Shown piece after piece: positions 1-11,052 of a stretch of 64,000 bases of DNA. The position numbers were made by a program, and so were the translations under genes. Each line of letters opens with the position of its first letter. Position 1 is the first letter of the stretch. The stretch is from an uncultured virus (IMG/VR IMGVR_UViG_3300040946_000488) (lineage: Duplodnaviria > Heunggongvirae > Uroviricota > Caudoviricetes): the IMG/VR virus record IMGVR_UViG_3300040946_000488; one strand, 5' to 3'. The notes beneath the pieces are model-generated. The model searched no databases, was not told the DNA's origin, and was given only the letters and a program-made list of their open reading frames with translations.

Positions 1-529
1 GGTACCGCATGCCCCGATTTTCGTAATACCAGCCGAAAGGGATGCCGTGCTTGAGGCTGCGCATGGACAGGACCGGCAGGTCGAAGCCCCGGCCGTTCCA
101 GGTGACCAGGTTGATGCCCGATTGCTTCTTCATCTCCCGGCCGAAGGCCCCGAGGATGCCCTGCTCTATCTCGTCCGCGAGATCCGAGATCCACGGATCG
201 CTGTCCGTGGCCCACTGGCTGGTGGAATACCCGTCGACGAGGCGGTACCTCGGGAACTCGGGATCGATGTCCATGACGACGTCGACCCAGGCCACCGCCA
301 CCACCCTGTGGGCTTGCGGGGGCGGGAACTGCTCTACCTTGCTCACGCAGGCATGCGGATATCCCTCCACCACCTGGATGGCCTCACCCAAGAGACTGCC
401 CTTGATCGGTACGTGCGGTTTGGGACTGAGATTGCCCCCAAGGCCGGGAACCAGCTTGTACTGATCTTCCCCGGGGGTCCAGACGGAAGGATCCGGGATG
501 GTCTCGATGTCCAATACCCGGAAGATCAT
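1..529 (-). CDS. Stand-alone PolB-type 3'-5' exonuclease (partial, runs off window)
   Basis: Not in the ORF track. Hand translation gives MIFRVLDIETIPD (ExoI DxE) ... LVTWNGRGFDLPVL (ExoII). Its ATG overlaps the TGA of the upstream gene (ATGA). Confidence 0.85.
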   Translation of the reverse strand, partial: MIFRVLDIETIPDPSVWTPGEDQYKLVPGLGGNLSPKPHVPIKGSLLGEAIQVVEGYPHACVSKVEQFPPPQAHRVVAVAWVDVVMDIDPEFPRYRLVDGYSTSQWATDSDPWISDLADEIEQGILGAFGREMKKQSGINLVTWNGRGFDLPVLSMRSLKHGIPFGWYYENRGMRY

Positions 530-1200
530 GATTGCGCCTCCCCGGCCTCTCTCCAGCCTGGCCTGCCATGCAGGCGATCGTGCAAGATCCAGAAACGATC
601 CAGGAACCTCCGCCGTGCCTCAGCCGGAGGATGGCACATGATCATGTAATTGCCAGGCACCGGGCGTTGGCGATCTGTCCACCATTCGAGCCGCACGGGA
701 TTAAACAGGCTCACGACCTCGACGGACAGTGCCTGCTGGTCTGCCTCCTGGACGACGGGAGGCAAGTCGTTCAATGCCTCCCCCAGCCCGAAGGCCCGGC
801 CGATGGCCGACAGCCAACGATGCTCCAGTTCCATGGTAGGGGTGCAGACACCTTCTTTGACGAAGCTGAAGGAATCAATGGTGCGCTTCACGGGGGTGGT
901 CAGATCGCCGGTGTATGCCTCGGCGGCATCGTGCATGAGCAAGATGAGGTTCAGGCGATCATAATCCTTGTCCTGGAATCGTTCGTGCCCTGGCTTCCTC
1001 CCCTCGATCTCCCTCGCCATCGGCCTCCCCATCGTCTCCACGAGCAGGGAATGCTCCGCCACGGAGTAGAAGTCCCGGCAATGGCCCCCGAACCGGCAGG
1101 ACATGGACAGCGCATGGGCGATGTCCTGGATATCGATCATCTCGGGAGTCGGATTCTCGATGTCGACGATCTTGCCGGTGAACGTCTGCAGCCAGCGCAT
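526..1200 (-). CDS. HD-domain nucleotide phosphohydrolase (YfdR-like)
   Basis: DIAHALS..CRFGGH...YSVAEHS and LMHDAAEAY.GD motifs. Confidence 0.85.
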   Translation of the reverse strand: MRWLQTFTGKIVDIENPTPEMIDIQDIAHALSMSCRFGGHCRDFYSVAEHSLLVETMGRPMAREIEGRKPGHERFQDKDYDRLNLILLMHDAAEAYTGDLTTPVKRTIDSFSFVKEGVCTPTMELEHRWLSAIGRAFGLGEALNDLPPVVQEADQQALSVEVVSLFNPVRLEWWTDRQRPVPGNYMIMCHPPAEARRRFLDRFWILHDRLHGRPGWREAGEAQS

Positions 1201-1498
1201 CAGACGATCCCCATGGCCAGCAAGACGGTTTCCGGCATGGCAGGGAACCTGTCGCCGACCTTGTGGCGCGGATGCCCGGCATATTCGACATACATCTCGA
1301 ACACGGTCGCGTGGCGATCTTCATTATCTTCGATGTCTTCCCCAAACTCGACCGTGACCCTCGTCACGATCCCGTGCTTCCCATACGCCACCTCGTGGCT
1401 GGCCACCCGCGTGACCCGAGCGAAAACATCCTTGGCCATCGTGTCTCCTTCGTCTCGATGTTTCTCCATCTGCCGAAAACTTATCTCTACGCCTCCTC

Positions 1499-1512
1499 GA
1501 ACGAGGTGTCAA
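1499..1512 (-). promoter_or_regulatory. Conserved promoter motif copy (TTGACACCTCGTTC)
   Basis: TTGACA, 17-nt spacer, TAGAGA; motif repeated at seven loci. Confidence 0.6.
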
Positions 1513-1523
1513 CAGGAATCCGA

Positions 1524-2048
1524 TCAGTTCCCGCTCGCACCATCATGCAGCTTGATCACTGCCTCCAACTGCTCGCGGCACATCTTCACGAAAAGCTCGC
1601 AGGGAGCATCCCCCAGGACCGACATCAGCTTGTGCAGGCACACTCCCATGACCCCCATGTGCAAGTGCAGCATTGCCTTCTCGGGAGGAGCCAGCCCGAT
1701 CGTCTCCAGCATGGACGACATCCGATCGTTGGACTTGAGGGCCATCTCGGCGACCTTGGCGGATGCCTCCGGGGTTTCCATGACCGGCACCTCCGTCGAT
1801 ATGGAGGTAGCATCCTCCAGCAACATCAGGGAACACCTGGCATACGTGTCCTTGAGGAGTTCCGGCATCATGCTCGCGGTGCCCATGAAGTACACCAGGT
1901 AAGCATGCACCGTCTTCACGAGGCGATCGGACGCCTCCTCGTCGAGCCCCACGCGATCGGCCTCTCCCCGCATCCTCGCGGACCCGCTATTCCATAGTTC
2001 ATCGAACTCGCGGATGGTCTTTTTCTCCAGGTCGTTCAGCTTGTCCAT
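1524..2048 (-). CDS. Hypothetical protein
   Basis: GGAGG RBS, coding-like composition, follows the helicase. Confidence 0.6.
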   Translation of the reverse strand: MDKLNDLEKKTIREFDELWNSGSARMRGEADRVGLDEEASDRLVKTVHAYLVYFMGTASMMPELLKDTYARCSLMLLEDATSISTEVPVMETPEASAKVAEMALKSNDRMSSMLETIGLAPPEKAMLHLHMGVMGVCLHKLMSVLGDAPCELFVKMCREQLEAVIKLHDGASGN

Positions 2049-2065
2049 CGTGGCCTCCATCAACA

Positions 2066-3277
2066 TCACTGGATGATGGTGACGCTCTCCGCGGCCCTGG
2101 TGATGCCCGTGTAGAGCCACTGGCTGTGGTCCGGCCGGCGCCACTCGTCCATGACGACGACCTTGTCCCATTGCGAACCCTGGGACTTGTGGACCGTCAG
2201 GGCGTAACCGAAATCGAACTCGTTGGCGTCCAGGCGGTGGCGCAGATCGATGTCGTCGCCTGTCCCGACGAAGTGGTTGGGGTGTGCCTTGCAGGTGATA
2301 TGGTTGCCATCATCGTCACGCAACGAGAGCTTCAGGTACTTCTCGTGGGAACAATCCACCACCTCCCATATCTGGCCATTGAAAAGCCCCTCGTCATGAT
2401 TGTTCCTCAGGCAGACGATCTTGTCGCCCGCCACCGGGTAGCTTCCCCTCAACTTCTTCACGGACCGGAAATACTGGTTGAAATCCCTGCGGGTCTTGTT
2501 CATGCCCACCAGGAGCTGGTCTGCGGCCTGCATCATCGGAGCCAGCTGAGCGTCCGAGATTGAACTGTTGCGGATCACCCGACTGTCCCCGTAGCTGCCG
2601 ACCGACAGCCTCTTGCCCTCGCGCACCTCCATGGACATGCGGATGATGGGGTTGTCCGCTGCCTGCCTATGGATGTCGGTGAGCAGGACGTCGGGCTTGC
2701 CGTCGAAGAACCCCGCCCCCTTGACGGGAGGCAACTGGCCCGGATCGCCCAGGGCCAGGATAGGGCAGTCGAAGTAGAGCAGATCTTCCCCCATCTGCCG
2801 ATCGATCATGCTGTACTCGTCGATCACCAGCAGCTTGGCCTTCCCCAGGATGCTGTCGGTGTTCAACGTGAAATCGGGCCGGTTGAGATTGGCCTTCTCG
2901 GCCTTGAGTTCCTTCTCCAGCCGGGCCAGATCTTCCTTGGGGACAGGATCCTCCAGGAGCAACTGGGCATGCTGAGACTTGAGCAGCCGGTACTTCAGAT
3001 CGCACTTGGTCCTCGGCAGGTAGATCAACTGGTGGATGGTACTGACGTTCTTGATCCCGGTCTTGCGCAAGACGTGAGCGGCCTTGCCCGTGAATGCCGC
3101 GAAATGGACGATGCCTTCCTCGTTGGCGGCCAGGTGCTTGGCCAGCGTCGTCTTCCCGGTGCCGGCATAGCCTGCCAGCATGAAGAAGGGCTTGCCGCGC
3201 GACTTCCTCCAGCGGTTGACCTTCTGGAGCGCTTGTTCTTGCTGTGCTGACCAGATCATCGGGTTCCTTTCGTGCAT
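2066..3277 (-). CDS. SF1B DNA helicase (Dda/RecD-like)
   Basis: Walker A GYAGTGKT, Walker B VIDEYSM, GDPGQLPPV, YALTVHKSQGS, YTGITRA. Confidence 0.93.
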   Translation of the reverse strand: MHERNPMIWSAQQEQALQKVNRWRKSRGKPFFMLAGYAGTGKTTLAKHLAANEEGIVHFAAFTGKAAHVLRKTGIKNVSTIHQLIYLPRTKCDLKYRLLKSQHAQLLLEDPVPKEDLARLEKELKAEKANLNRPDFTLNTDSILGKAKLLVIDEYSMIDRQMGEDLLYFDCPILALGDPGQLPPVKGAGFFDGKPDVLLTDIHRQAADNPIIRMSMEVREGKRLSVGSYGDSRVIRNSSISDAQLAPMMQAADQLLVGMNKTRRDFNQYFRSVKKLRGSYPVAGDKIVCLRNNHDEGLFNGQIWEVVDCSHEKYLKLSLRDDDGNHITCKAHPNHFVGTGDDIDLRHRLDANEFDFGYALTVHKSQGSQWDKVVVMDEWRRPDHSQWLYTGITRAAESVTIIQ

Positions 3278-3344
3278 CGAAGAGGATTCGTCATCATTTG
3301 CCTGTACGAAGACAATCAGTCACGGAGACGGCATATGACGCCCA

Positions 3345-3358
3345 GAACGAAGTGTCAA
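3345..3358 (-). promoter_or_regulatory. Conserved promoter motif copy upstream of helicase
   Basis: TTGACACTTCGTTC, 17-nt spacer, TATGCC. Confidence 0.6.
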
Positions 3359-3361
3359 GTG

Positions 3362-4138
3362 TCAAGTTCGTCGGGCTCCCCCCGGGGCATCGCCTCGCTT
3401 GCGATCTGGGAGGATGATGCCCATGCCCCTGCGGTACCCCCTGGAAAAGGCCAGGTAGTCGATGTCCGTGCGAGAGCCTTCCAGTGAGAAATACTTGGTC
3501 TTCGGGTACCTGGCCTTGATGTGCTCCTTGGCCGACGCCTTGCTGCCCTGGACCACGGCCAAAGATCGCGAAGACGAGCCTGCGCCTCCCGTCACGGGAT
3601 CCCTTCCCGGATGGATTGGCCCCTGGGGCTCATCCTTGCGGCCCAGCCTCTCGGCCAGCGCCGAGACCGCTCCCCTCCGGAAAGAATCGAGGTATGCCCG
3701 CAGGCTGCGCCGGATCCCCAGTGCCACCTCTTCGAGCACCTCGTCCGGGGGATCCGAGCACTCGATCTTGACGAGGCTCTCTATCTCGCCGAGCAGGTAA
3801 GTGAAAAGCTTCGATGCCTCCTCGACGTCTATCTTCATCCCCACCATCTTGACCTTGCGCAACTTGCCCCTGCGCAATCCCATGGCCTCGCAGCCGCAAG
3901 CACGTGCCACCAGGGCCACCAGCACGAACTTCCACCGGGACGCGAACCCCTCCGCCCCCATCGACAGCTCGAATATCTTGCCGCTCATCTCGGAATCCAG
4001 CACCTCCTGCTCGGCGATGCCATGCTCCTCCATGAGCTTGCGCGCCTTGGAACGGGCGACTGCGGCCTCGTTGGCATTGGGGGAAGCCGTCAGTGCCAGC
4101 AGCTTGCGGATGCGTTCGAGCAGCTTGTCCTTCGTCAT
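3362..4138 (-). CDS. DUF2786-domain protein
   Basis: N-terminal RIRKLLAL.ASPNANEAAVA..KA.KLM..H. Confidence 0.8.
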   Translation of the reverse strand: MTKDKLLERIRKLLALTASPNANEAAVARSKARKLMEEHGIAEQEVLDSEMSGKIFELSMGAEGFASRWKFVLVALVARACGCEAMGLRRGKLRKVKMVGMKIDVEEASKLFTYLLGEIESLVKIECSDPPDEVLEEVALGIRRSLRAYLDSFRRGAVSALAERLGRKDEPQGPIHPGRDPVTGGAGSSSRSLAVVQGSKASAKEHIKARYPKTKYFSLEGSRTDIDYLAFSRGYRRGMGIILPDRKRGDAPGGARRT

Positions 4139-4230
4139 GCCGTGCTGGCCTCTTTCCTCTTCATGCCTCGCGAGATGGCGACGGCGTCGATGTGGACCGC
4201 CAACTGCTCCAGCGACTTGGAAGAATAGAC

Positions 4231-4827
4231 CATGCCTATCCGGTTGACGCCCCTAAAGGCGTAATTGCTTGAGTTAATTGATCGCCCATCTGCTCCCATC
4301 CTCGCCTTTCGACCCTAGCGAACATCTCAAAATATGGTCCGGGTGAAACCCTTTCCACCAACTCAAAGAATTCACTGGGTTTTTCGCTGTGCCTACGGCG
4401 CGACCATGTGAAATGCGTGCCGTGGGTTCTTCCGAAAGCGTTGTCTACCGGGCCGCCCTTGCGACAGATTAAGACTTGTTCACTGTTGCATTGAAACTGT
4501 CCCGTTCCTAACGTTGGCTTGCACCAAGTCAAGGTTTGCTGCGGTTCAAATCCCCAAGACCTGGCTACGGTATAACCCCAATCAATATGCTGGTTTAGAA
4601 CCCACAGCCACAGATGCGCCTTTGTCGCAGTCTCGGGCTTCAATGCGATGATTTGATCGACTGTCAATAATGTGTAATACCGCTGCGGACCTGCACGATA
4701 GATCCCCTTTGTGCGGCCTACAGTGTTGGCATGCAATTTAGGCCACCAAGGCGGATCAGCTACTATGGTTCGAGGAAGCATTCAAATACTCATCGAATTA
4801 GTGGAGTGCGTGAACCGGATAAGCATG
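4231..4827. mobile_element. Non-autonomous insertion cassette carrying an MT-A70 methyltransferase
   Basis: Terminal IRs CATGCCTATCCGGTTGACGC / CATGCTTATCCGGTTCACGC (18/20); 8-bp direct repeat GAATAGAC at 4223-4230 and 4828-4835; lower GC; no transposase. Confidence 0.88.
4236..4781 (-). CDS. MT-A70-family adenine methyltransferase
   Basis: IVADPPW, HLWLW, TWCK, HSEKP, EMFAR motifs. Confidence 0.9.
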   Translation of the reverse strand: MLPRTIVADPPWWPKLHANTVGRTKGIYRAGPQRYYTLLTVDQIIALKPETATKAHLWLWVLNQHIDWGYTVARSWGFEPQQTLTWCKPTLGTGQFQCNSEQVLICRKGGPVDNAFGRTHGTHFTWSRRRHSEKPSEFFELVERVSPGPYFEMFARVERRGWEQMGDQLTQAITPLGASTG

Positions 4828-6874
4828 GAATAGACAATCTCCCCTCCCTCGATCAAGACGTAGTCGATGTCTTCCTCGTCGGCCTCCTGCACGGCGATCA
4901 GGCACCGGATAGGCAGTCCCCAGCGCCGAGCCCAACCGTCCACGTCCAGAGTCGTCTTATTCATGTAAAACGTGCAGACAGCATTCTCCCCATGCTTTTT
5001 CCAATCCTCGGGGATCTTGACAGGAAAACTAATCATCGCGTAATTCCAGGTACAATGATTCCAGAGATGTATTGCTCTGGTTGACCAGTTTATTGAACCG
5101 AGTGGAGCAAGCACTTGCCCTGGCGTCCACGTCCTGGAGCAAGCCATCAAGCTCGGCCAACTTCTGGGCTAAGACCTGCATGTCCTGCCCAAGGGGAATG
5201 TCGTCGATGACGAGATCTGGCCCGACCTGCAGCGACTGCGCACAATCCTTGGCCTGCGGTATCGCGCGGCTGGTCATCCGCAAGATCTCCCGGAACGTGA
5301 CCGTGATCCTTCCGGCCCTCTCGCGCCATCGAACCTGTTCGTACAGCATCGTCAAGCTCCTCTCAGTCTTCGTCCCAACAGTCACAGTACGCGATCGTGC
5401 CGCTCGGGCGCTTCAGATCGAACCCACAATCCGGACAGTAGCCAGCATCGTACATGGCATGCACTACCTGCTCCGGCCGCAATCCCGTCAGCGCCTCCCG
5501 GATCTTGTCTGCCGCCGACCTGACATGATCCGGGCCGGCCTCGACGAACACGGGATGGCCAACGCCCCTCTCACCCCGAGGCTCCCTCCATCCCTGGATC
5601 CTCATCCCCCCTGGGGCCAGGTATGTCCGTCCCCCGGACAGTCCCTTGCGCATGTCCTCCGGGGCGACATCCACGGGACTGACGGAAGCCTCGTCCGGGA
5701 GGAAACCGCACCTCGGGCACTCCCCGTCCATGTCCAGGAACTCCCCACAACCATCATCGTGGATCAATACTCGCATCGGCATGGCATCATCCTTTCCCCA
5801 ACTTTCCCCCAGCTTCCTTCATCTTGGACTGCTGCTTGGGTGGGGCGCATGGGGACCAGACATGGCCAAAGCAATAGGCGCACAGGGTTCCCCAATCCGT
5901 GAGATGCCGCTGGCCGCCCGGTCCCAATGCCGATCCACAGTAAACGCATTTCTGTGACGCCTTCGTTCCCATGTCCCTCAATCCTTCCCGAATCCCCCAC
6001 GGAGACCGAGCCAGGTATCGAAGTACAGCAACGAATGGGCGGCCCCCGCCTCGGAGATCTCGTCCATGCAAGAACGAGCAAGCTTTTCTATTTCTGCCCT
6101 GACGGCCTGGCGCCCATCCACCACCTCCCGCATGTCGGGCGGGCACGAGGGAGCCACCAGCATCTCCTCGATCTGTTGGGTCAGCCTGTCGTACTCCCGG
6201 CACAGGCTGGGCATGCGATCGTCGACGGCTTGGTTGACTGTCATCGGGACCTCCTGGATGCACGTACTATGCTGGCCTCCAGGGCCAATAACGCGGCTGT
6301 TTCCAACCCGAGCAGGCGGACGGGACGGCCTTCGCCCTGGCGATGCCACTCGCCGTCGTTCCCGAGATATTGCCCGGCATGAGGGCCAGCCGGCTTCGGC
6401 AAGTCCTCGGGCCAGGGCTTGCCCGCCGCCTTCGCCAATCGTCGTTGCCTTGCTTGTCCCATGTGGACTCGATCTGGACGGCCGGAACTATCCGTACCTG
6501 AGCTTGTTGGTTAGCGACTCCATGAAAGCCTTCCTGGCGGTCTCCATGATGGTGGACGTGATCATCGCCGGGAACTCATCCACGTAGCTGTCCACCGAGG
6601 CATGGAGGCCACTGCCGTCCTCGCATGCGCAAGGCTGCCCCACGGATCGTCGCCGAGCGAAACCCACTGGCCATCGATCCACTCTTCCCTCAAGTAACTC
6701 CCCTTCTCCACTTGACGACTAGGCTCAGCAAAGAGGGCCAGCATGTTGAGTCCCAGCTCAAACGCGAACCAAGGATCCGAATGGACAGCCTCGTCAGGCA
6801 GGCCCATCCCTTCACTGCCGTCCCTGCATTGCCCGTGCTCGTCCCCTGCGATCTTTCCGTCGTCCATGATCTCT

Positions 6875-7333
6875 TCACTCTCCCATCTTGTCCCGCATCC
6901 TCGCCACGATCTGGCGGAGATGGTGGATGCGTTCATGAGCCCCGCCCGCCTCGCCCGTATCGTCGATCTGGCTTTCCAGCGAATCAAGCTCTCCCACGAT
7001 CTCCTTCAGCCCCTTCCGCATGGACTCCCTGAACGACGGCTTCTTCTCCAGCTTCACGGGCAGCCGGTCGGTGATGTCCCATAAATCGCACTGGTGCTCG
7101 CCTGTGTTGTCCTGCCCCACCACCGTGAGGACCCCCATGCGCTCCATCTCGACCAGCCGGCGCGAGGGCCAGGGATTGGCCTTCCCGGGACACAGGGCCA
7201 TGTCCAGCTTGTTCCTGGTCGTGGCGCCATGCTCGTAGATGTGCGAGTAGATCTTGATGTAGCCCCGCGACAGCAGCCCGTTGGCCACGATCGCATGGTA
7301 TGTCCTGCGCGAATTCTCGCTCCTGCCTTCCAT
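6875..7333 (-). CDS. Hypothetical protein, possibly winged-HTH
   Basis: SRRLVEMERMG.L..VG pattern; lies within an operon. Confidence 0.45.
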   Translation of the reverse strand: MEGRSENSRRTYHAIVANGLLSRGYIKIYSHIYEHGATTRNKLDMALCPGKANPWPSRRLVEMERMGVLTVVGQDNTGEHQCDLWDITDRLPVKLEKKPSFRESMRKGLKEIVGELDSLESQIDDTGEAGGAHERIHHLRQIVARMRDKMGE

Positions 7334-8034
7334 CTTCTCTCCTTCGAGACAAAATCGTCAGTCCCCGCAGATCCTTTCCATCAAGCCAGGACCGACATTG
7401 TACTCGGACCCACAGCCGGCGCACTTGTAGTTGGTGCAGAGGCCACCAGATGGTCCCTTGAGGAAGCTGTCGCCATCACAGTCCAGGCACCGGAACACCA
7501 TGACGGTGGCCGAAGCTGGAGGAAGCAGGATCTGTCAAGCCTCGCAGTCTTGATTGGCGATCTCGTTCGATTCTTCATCAGATCCTCACAACAGATCGTC
7601 CAGCTTGACGTCTTCGGGTGGATGGCCCCTGTCCCGGATCCCCCACAGCCACCCCGCCATGAAAGCTATGGCCGCCAGCGTCCCGAAGGCATAGTGGATG
7701 GCCAGCATGCCGAGCCCCAGCCTCACCGCGAACCAGGCATCCGCGCTGGCCGCCTCGCTGGCTTCCTTCTTGATCTTGGAAATCTCTTTCATGTCTTCGC
7801 CAGCTTCCGCATCTTCCGCAAGGCACCGTCGACCTCCCCCAGGGCAGTCGACCCTCCCAGCAGATTATCCAACCTCTGGCCCACGAGCAGATCTTCTACG
7901 AAGTGCATCCGCTCCACGGGATCGGGTATGTGCATGGCGATCTCAAGCTGGCTCTCGGGCACCCGGGAGGCGTCGAGGACCGCCTGCCACAGCCGGGATG
8001 CCAAGTACAGATTATCGTTGGTGAGCGCCATCGT

Positions 8035-8661
8035 TCACCCCGATGCCTGCCCGGCCGCCTGCTCGGTCGCCTGCCCCGACGCGGACACGGCCGCCTGCCC
8101 TGCCGCCGGCCCGGGGACAGGCGTTTTTTCCTCGGGGACGCTGGGAGGAACCTCCGCCTCCGGGTGCTGGTTGAGCCATGCCTTGAGAAGATTGTGGCGA
8201 TCGAGGAACTCCTTCAGCCTCCGGATCTGGCCTCCCAGCCGGATAATCTCGTCTGACTTGGCTTTCAAACGGTTGCGCAATGGGCGGGCATCCATGTCGG
8301 CTCTCTGAAGCTCGGACATCTTCCTCACCAGCTTGCCCAGGGACTCCTGGGCCTGGTCCCGATCGTGCTCGGCCATATTGACCGTGACGCTCGCCGTCTC
8401 CAGCTCGACCTCCAGGCCTTCCCTCAGGGTCTTCTCCACCGCGAGATCTTGCCTGGCCTTCGCCAGGTCGGCCGTGACGATCCCCAGGGCGGAGCGGGCC
8501 TCCGCTGCTTCCGCCTCCAGCCTGGCGACCTTCTCGGCTGCCTCGACCACCTGTCGCTCGGCCGACCCCATCGTGTCGGTGGCTTTCTTGCCCTCTGCCA
8601 TCAAGGACCTCTGCCGTTCCTTCCGGCGCTTGCGGGCCAACCTCTGTGATTCACTCGCCAT
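8035..8661 (-). CDS. Coiled-coil hypothetical protein
   Basis: Heptad-like E/A/L/R-rich sequence, RBS present. Confidence 0.55.
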   Translation of the reverse strand: MASESQRLARKRRKERQRSLMAEGKKATDTMGSAERQVVEAAEKVARLEAEAAEARSALGIVTADLAKARQDLAVEKTLREGLEVELETASVTVNMAEHDRDQAQESLGKLVRKMSELQRADMDARPLRNRLKAKSDEIIRLGGQIRRLKEFLDRHNLLKAWLNQHPEAEVPPSVPEEKTPVPGPAAGQAAVSASGQATEQAAGQASG

Positions 8662-9115
8662 GATCCATCTCCTTTCGTGGAACCAACGTCAGTCTCGGCC
8701 CCGGCCTGCCGGCCGGACCGGCCGCCTCCTGCTGGAGGCCAGGCACCTCGTCTTGCTGTGGGACCAGCCTCAACGACGACCGCCGCCTGGCCGTCACCTG
8801 GGCCATTCTCGGGATCGTCTCTCCTACCACGGGACCGAGGGTGACCACGGCTTCCCAGGGCACGAAGGTCCCGCATGGCACCCGGTCGAAGCTCAACGTG
8901 GCCCGGATGCCATTCTCGTCGACCAGCAGATCTGGTATCTGGATCGGCAGATCCAACCCATACTCGAAAGTGGCCGTCTGGCCGGCACGGGGACGGACGA
9001 AATCCGGCACCCCCAGGCACGGGTGGTTCGTGAAGACGACCTTCACGACGCCGTGGAAGCCCAGCAGTGCCATGAACGTCCGGCGCAGGAACCGATAGTG
9101 CAGATTCTCAGGCAC
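8651..9115 (-). CDS. sspB: SspB-like ClpXP adaptor
   Basis: LPIQIPDLLVDENGIRATLSFDRVP..TFVPWEAV core and C-terminal RPRLTLV tail resembling the ClpX-binding LRVVK motif. Confidence 0.78.
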   Translation of the reverse strand: MPENLHYRFLRRTFMALLGFHGVVKVVFTNHPCLGVPDFVRPRAGQTATFEYGLDLPIQIPDLLVDENGIRATLSFDRVPCGTFVPWEAVVTLGPVVGETIPRMAQVTARRRSSLRLVPQQDEVPGLQQEAAGPAGRPGPRLTLVPRKEMDHGE

Positions 9116-9777
9116 CAGCCCCCTCCTTCCATCCCTTGGGACGCCCCATGGGCCTCCCCTTGGGAGTCCCTGCCTGGCTTCCCCTGTGGACCTGTGGCCT
9201 CGACTTCTCGAACTTCTTCATGGGCACCACGTGGCGCTCGCGCAGCTGGAACACGTACCGCAATCCCCGCCCCGAGGCTATCAGGGTAGTGCCGTCCGAC
9301 TGCACGTCGAGCCCCAGGCGATCGAAGATGCAGGCACACATGGAGAAGGCCAGTTCCTTGCAAGCCTGGACGACGTCCTGATCGATATGAGGGTTGGCTT
9401 CCAGGGCATCCCAATCGTCGAGCATGATCATGTCTGCAATCTCCTCATGTCACCTGGTCCTGAACATCCTGCCCAGATCGTCCAGGTAGACCGCCACCAT
9501 GCCCGGATGTTTCTGCGGACGACATACCATCACGTCGAACTTCCGCTGGAGCGCCTTGACGTAATGGAGCACCTTCTCCTCGTCGACCAGATCCTTCCAC
9601 GGACGCCCATCGGGGCTGAAGAATCCCTCCTCCACGGACTTCAGATCGTCCGTGATGTGCTTGCCGACCCAGTGAGTGATGGTGACCATGTCAGATCGGC
9701 TTTCGCGATCTCTTGATGGCGGCCAACTGCCTGCCAGCCAATGAATCCTCGTCGACCATCTGGGACGCCCCTGCTCT

Positions 9778-11052
9778 CTAAATTGTGTGGACACGTGAGT
9801 GCTCACACGGGTTAGTTTCCACTTCAGCGACCATGCTTGTCCGAGCGACAGCCGCTCGGATAGAGGTCTGGTCATCCGTGGACGTTTGCGGCAATCGCCG
9901 CCAGTTTCCCTGAAGCCCAGGGTACTGTTCCAGATTCTTCGCGGCGTTCTCATCGCGATCGATGACAGCGCCGCACTTTCCGTTTCCACACACGTACACC
10001 CGGTCGGCAAGGCCGAGGCGCTGCTCGTCCCGTTTGATCTCGCCGCACCTCGAACACCGTTGTGTCGACGGGTAGTTTCGATCTGCGACGACGATGTCGC
10101 AGCCGTGTAGCTGCGCCTTGTAGGCCAGCATCGGGCGGAACATCCCGAGCGCAACGTCCGACGCCGCACGTGCGAGGCGCCGGTTCTTGAGCATGAAGCC
10201 CATGCCCAGGTCTTCGACCACGATCGTTTGGTTTTCGCGAACGAGGCCGGTGGTCAATTTCTGCCAGAAGTCCTTGCGGGCGAACGCTATGGCCAGGTGA
10301 AGCCGGGCGACAATGAGGCTCGCTTTGTGACGGTTGCGCCCGCCCTTCTTGCGCCGGTGCAGCCGACGATTCGCCCTGCACAGCCGTTTCAGGTTGTCTC
10401 GAAGTGGTTTGGGAGCGTCGATTGGGTCGCCATGCGATGGGACCACTGCTGTCTTGAGCCCAAGGTCGACACCGATGACGGGCCACCGTTCCGGTGCATT
10501 CGTCTGCCGGCGGTCGGCGCCGGGAACATCAACCGCGACCGAGAGGAACCATCGCCCGGCCTTCCGATAGACACGTCCGGAAAGAATCTTGCCCTGCCAG
10601 CGCAACGGTTCCATCGTGCGCACGTCGCCGATTACTGGCAAGCGAACGACCCCACGCTTGCCGCGCGTCCTCAGCCTCAACGAGAACTTGTCGTTGGCAA
10701 CGTAAAAGGCATCGTGCTTCCCCTTGTGGTGGAAGGTGGGGTGCTCCAACGGCTTTCCTTCGCGTTCACCTCGGCATGACGCGAAAAAGTTCTTGAATGC
10801 CTGGCCCAAGTCGGCGAAGGATTGGCTGTTCGCGTCCCTGGGACTTTCCATGATCCAGGGGAACTGCTCGCGCTTGATAGCGTTGAACTGCTTCTTGAGC
10901 TTGAACGCGGTCGGTTTCTCGCCGGCTTCGTGCTGGCGGTTCCACTCGACGAGCGCCCAATTGTAGGTGAAGCGGGAAACACCTGCAGCACAAGCGAGTG
11001 TATGCCTCTGTTTGCGCGTGGGATCGAGTGCTATGACGTGGCCGAGATTCAT
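9778..11052 (-). CDS. tnpB: TnpB RNA-guided endonuclease
   Basis: HTH_OrfB N-terminus, RuvC motifs GVDLG / VVEDL / DRDENAAKN, Zn ribbon CSRC..C...C. Confidence 0.95.
   Translation of the reverse strand: MNLGHVIALDPTRKQRHTLACAAGVSRFTYNWALVEWNRQHEAGEKPTAFKLKKQFNAIKREQFPWIMESPRDANSQSFADLGQAFKNFFASCRGEREGKPLEHPTFHHKGKHDAFYVANDKFSLRLRTRGKRGVVRLPVIGDVRTMEPLRWQGKILSGRVYRKAGRWFLSVAVDVPGADRRQTNAPERWPVIGVDLGLKTAVVPSHGDPIDAPKPLRDNLKRLCRANRRLHRRKKGGRNRHKASLIVARLHLAIAFARKDFWQKLTTGLVRENQTIVVEDLGMGFMLKNRRLARAASDVALGMFRPMLAYKAQLHGCDIVVADRNYPSTQRCSRCGEIKRDEQRLGLADRVYVCGNGKCGAVIDRDENAAKNLEQYPGLQGNWRRLPQTSTDDQTSIRAAVARTSMVAEVETNPCEHSRVHTI

Larger units (their letters stand above)
4135..5036 (-). pseudogene. 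98-aa hypothetical gene interrupted by the 597-bp cassette
   Basis: Removing 4231-4827 plus one TSD copy restores the in-frame sequence ...EGGEIVYS-SKSLEQLAVHIDAV... Confidence 0.8.
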
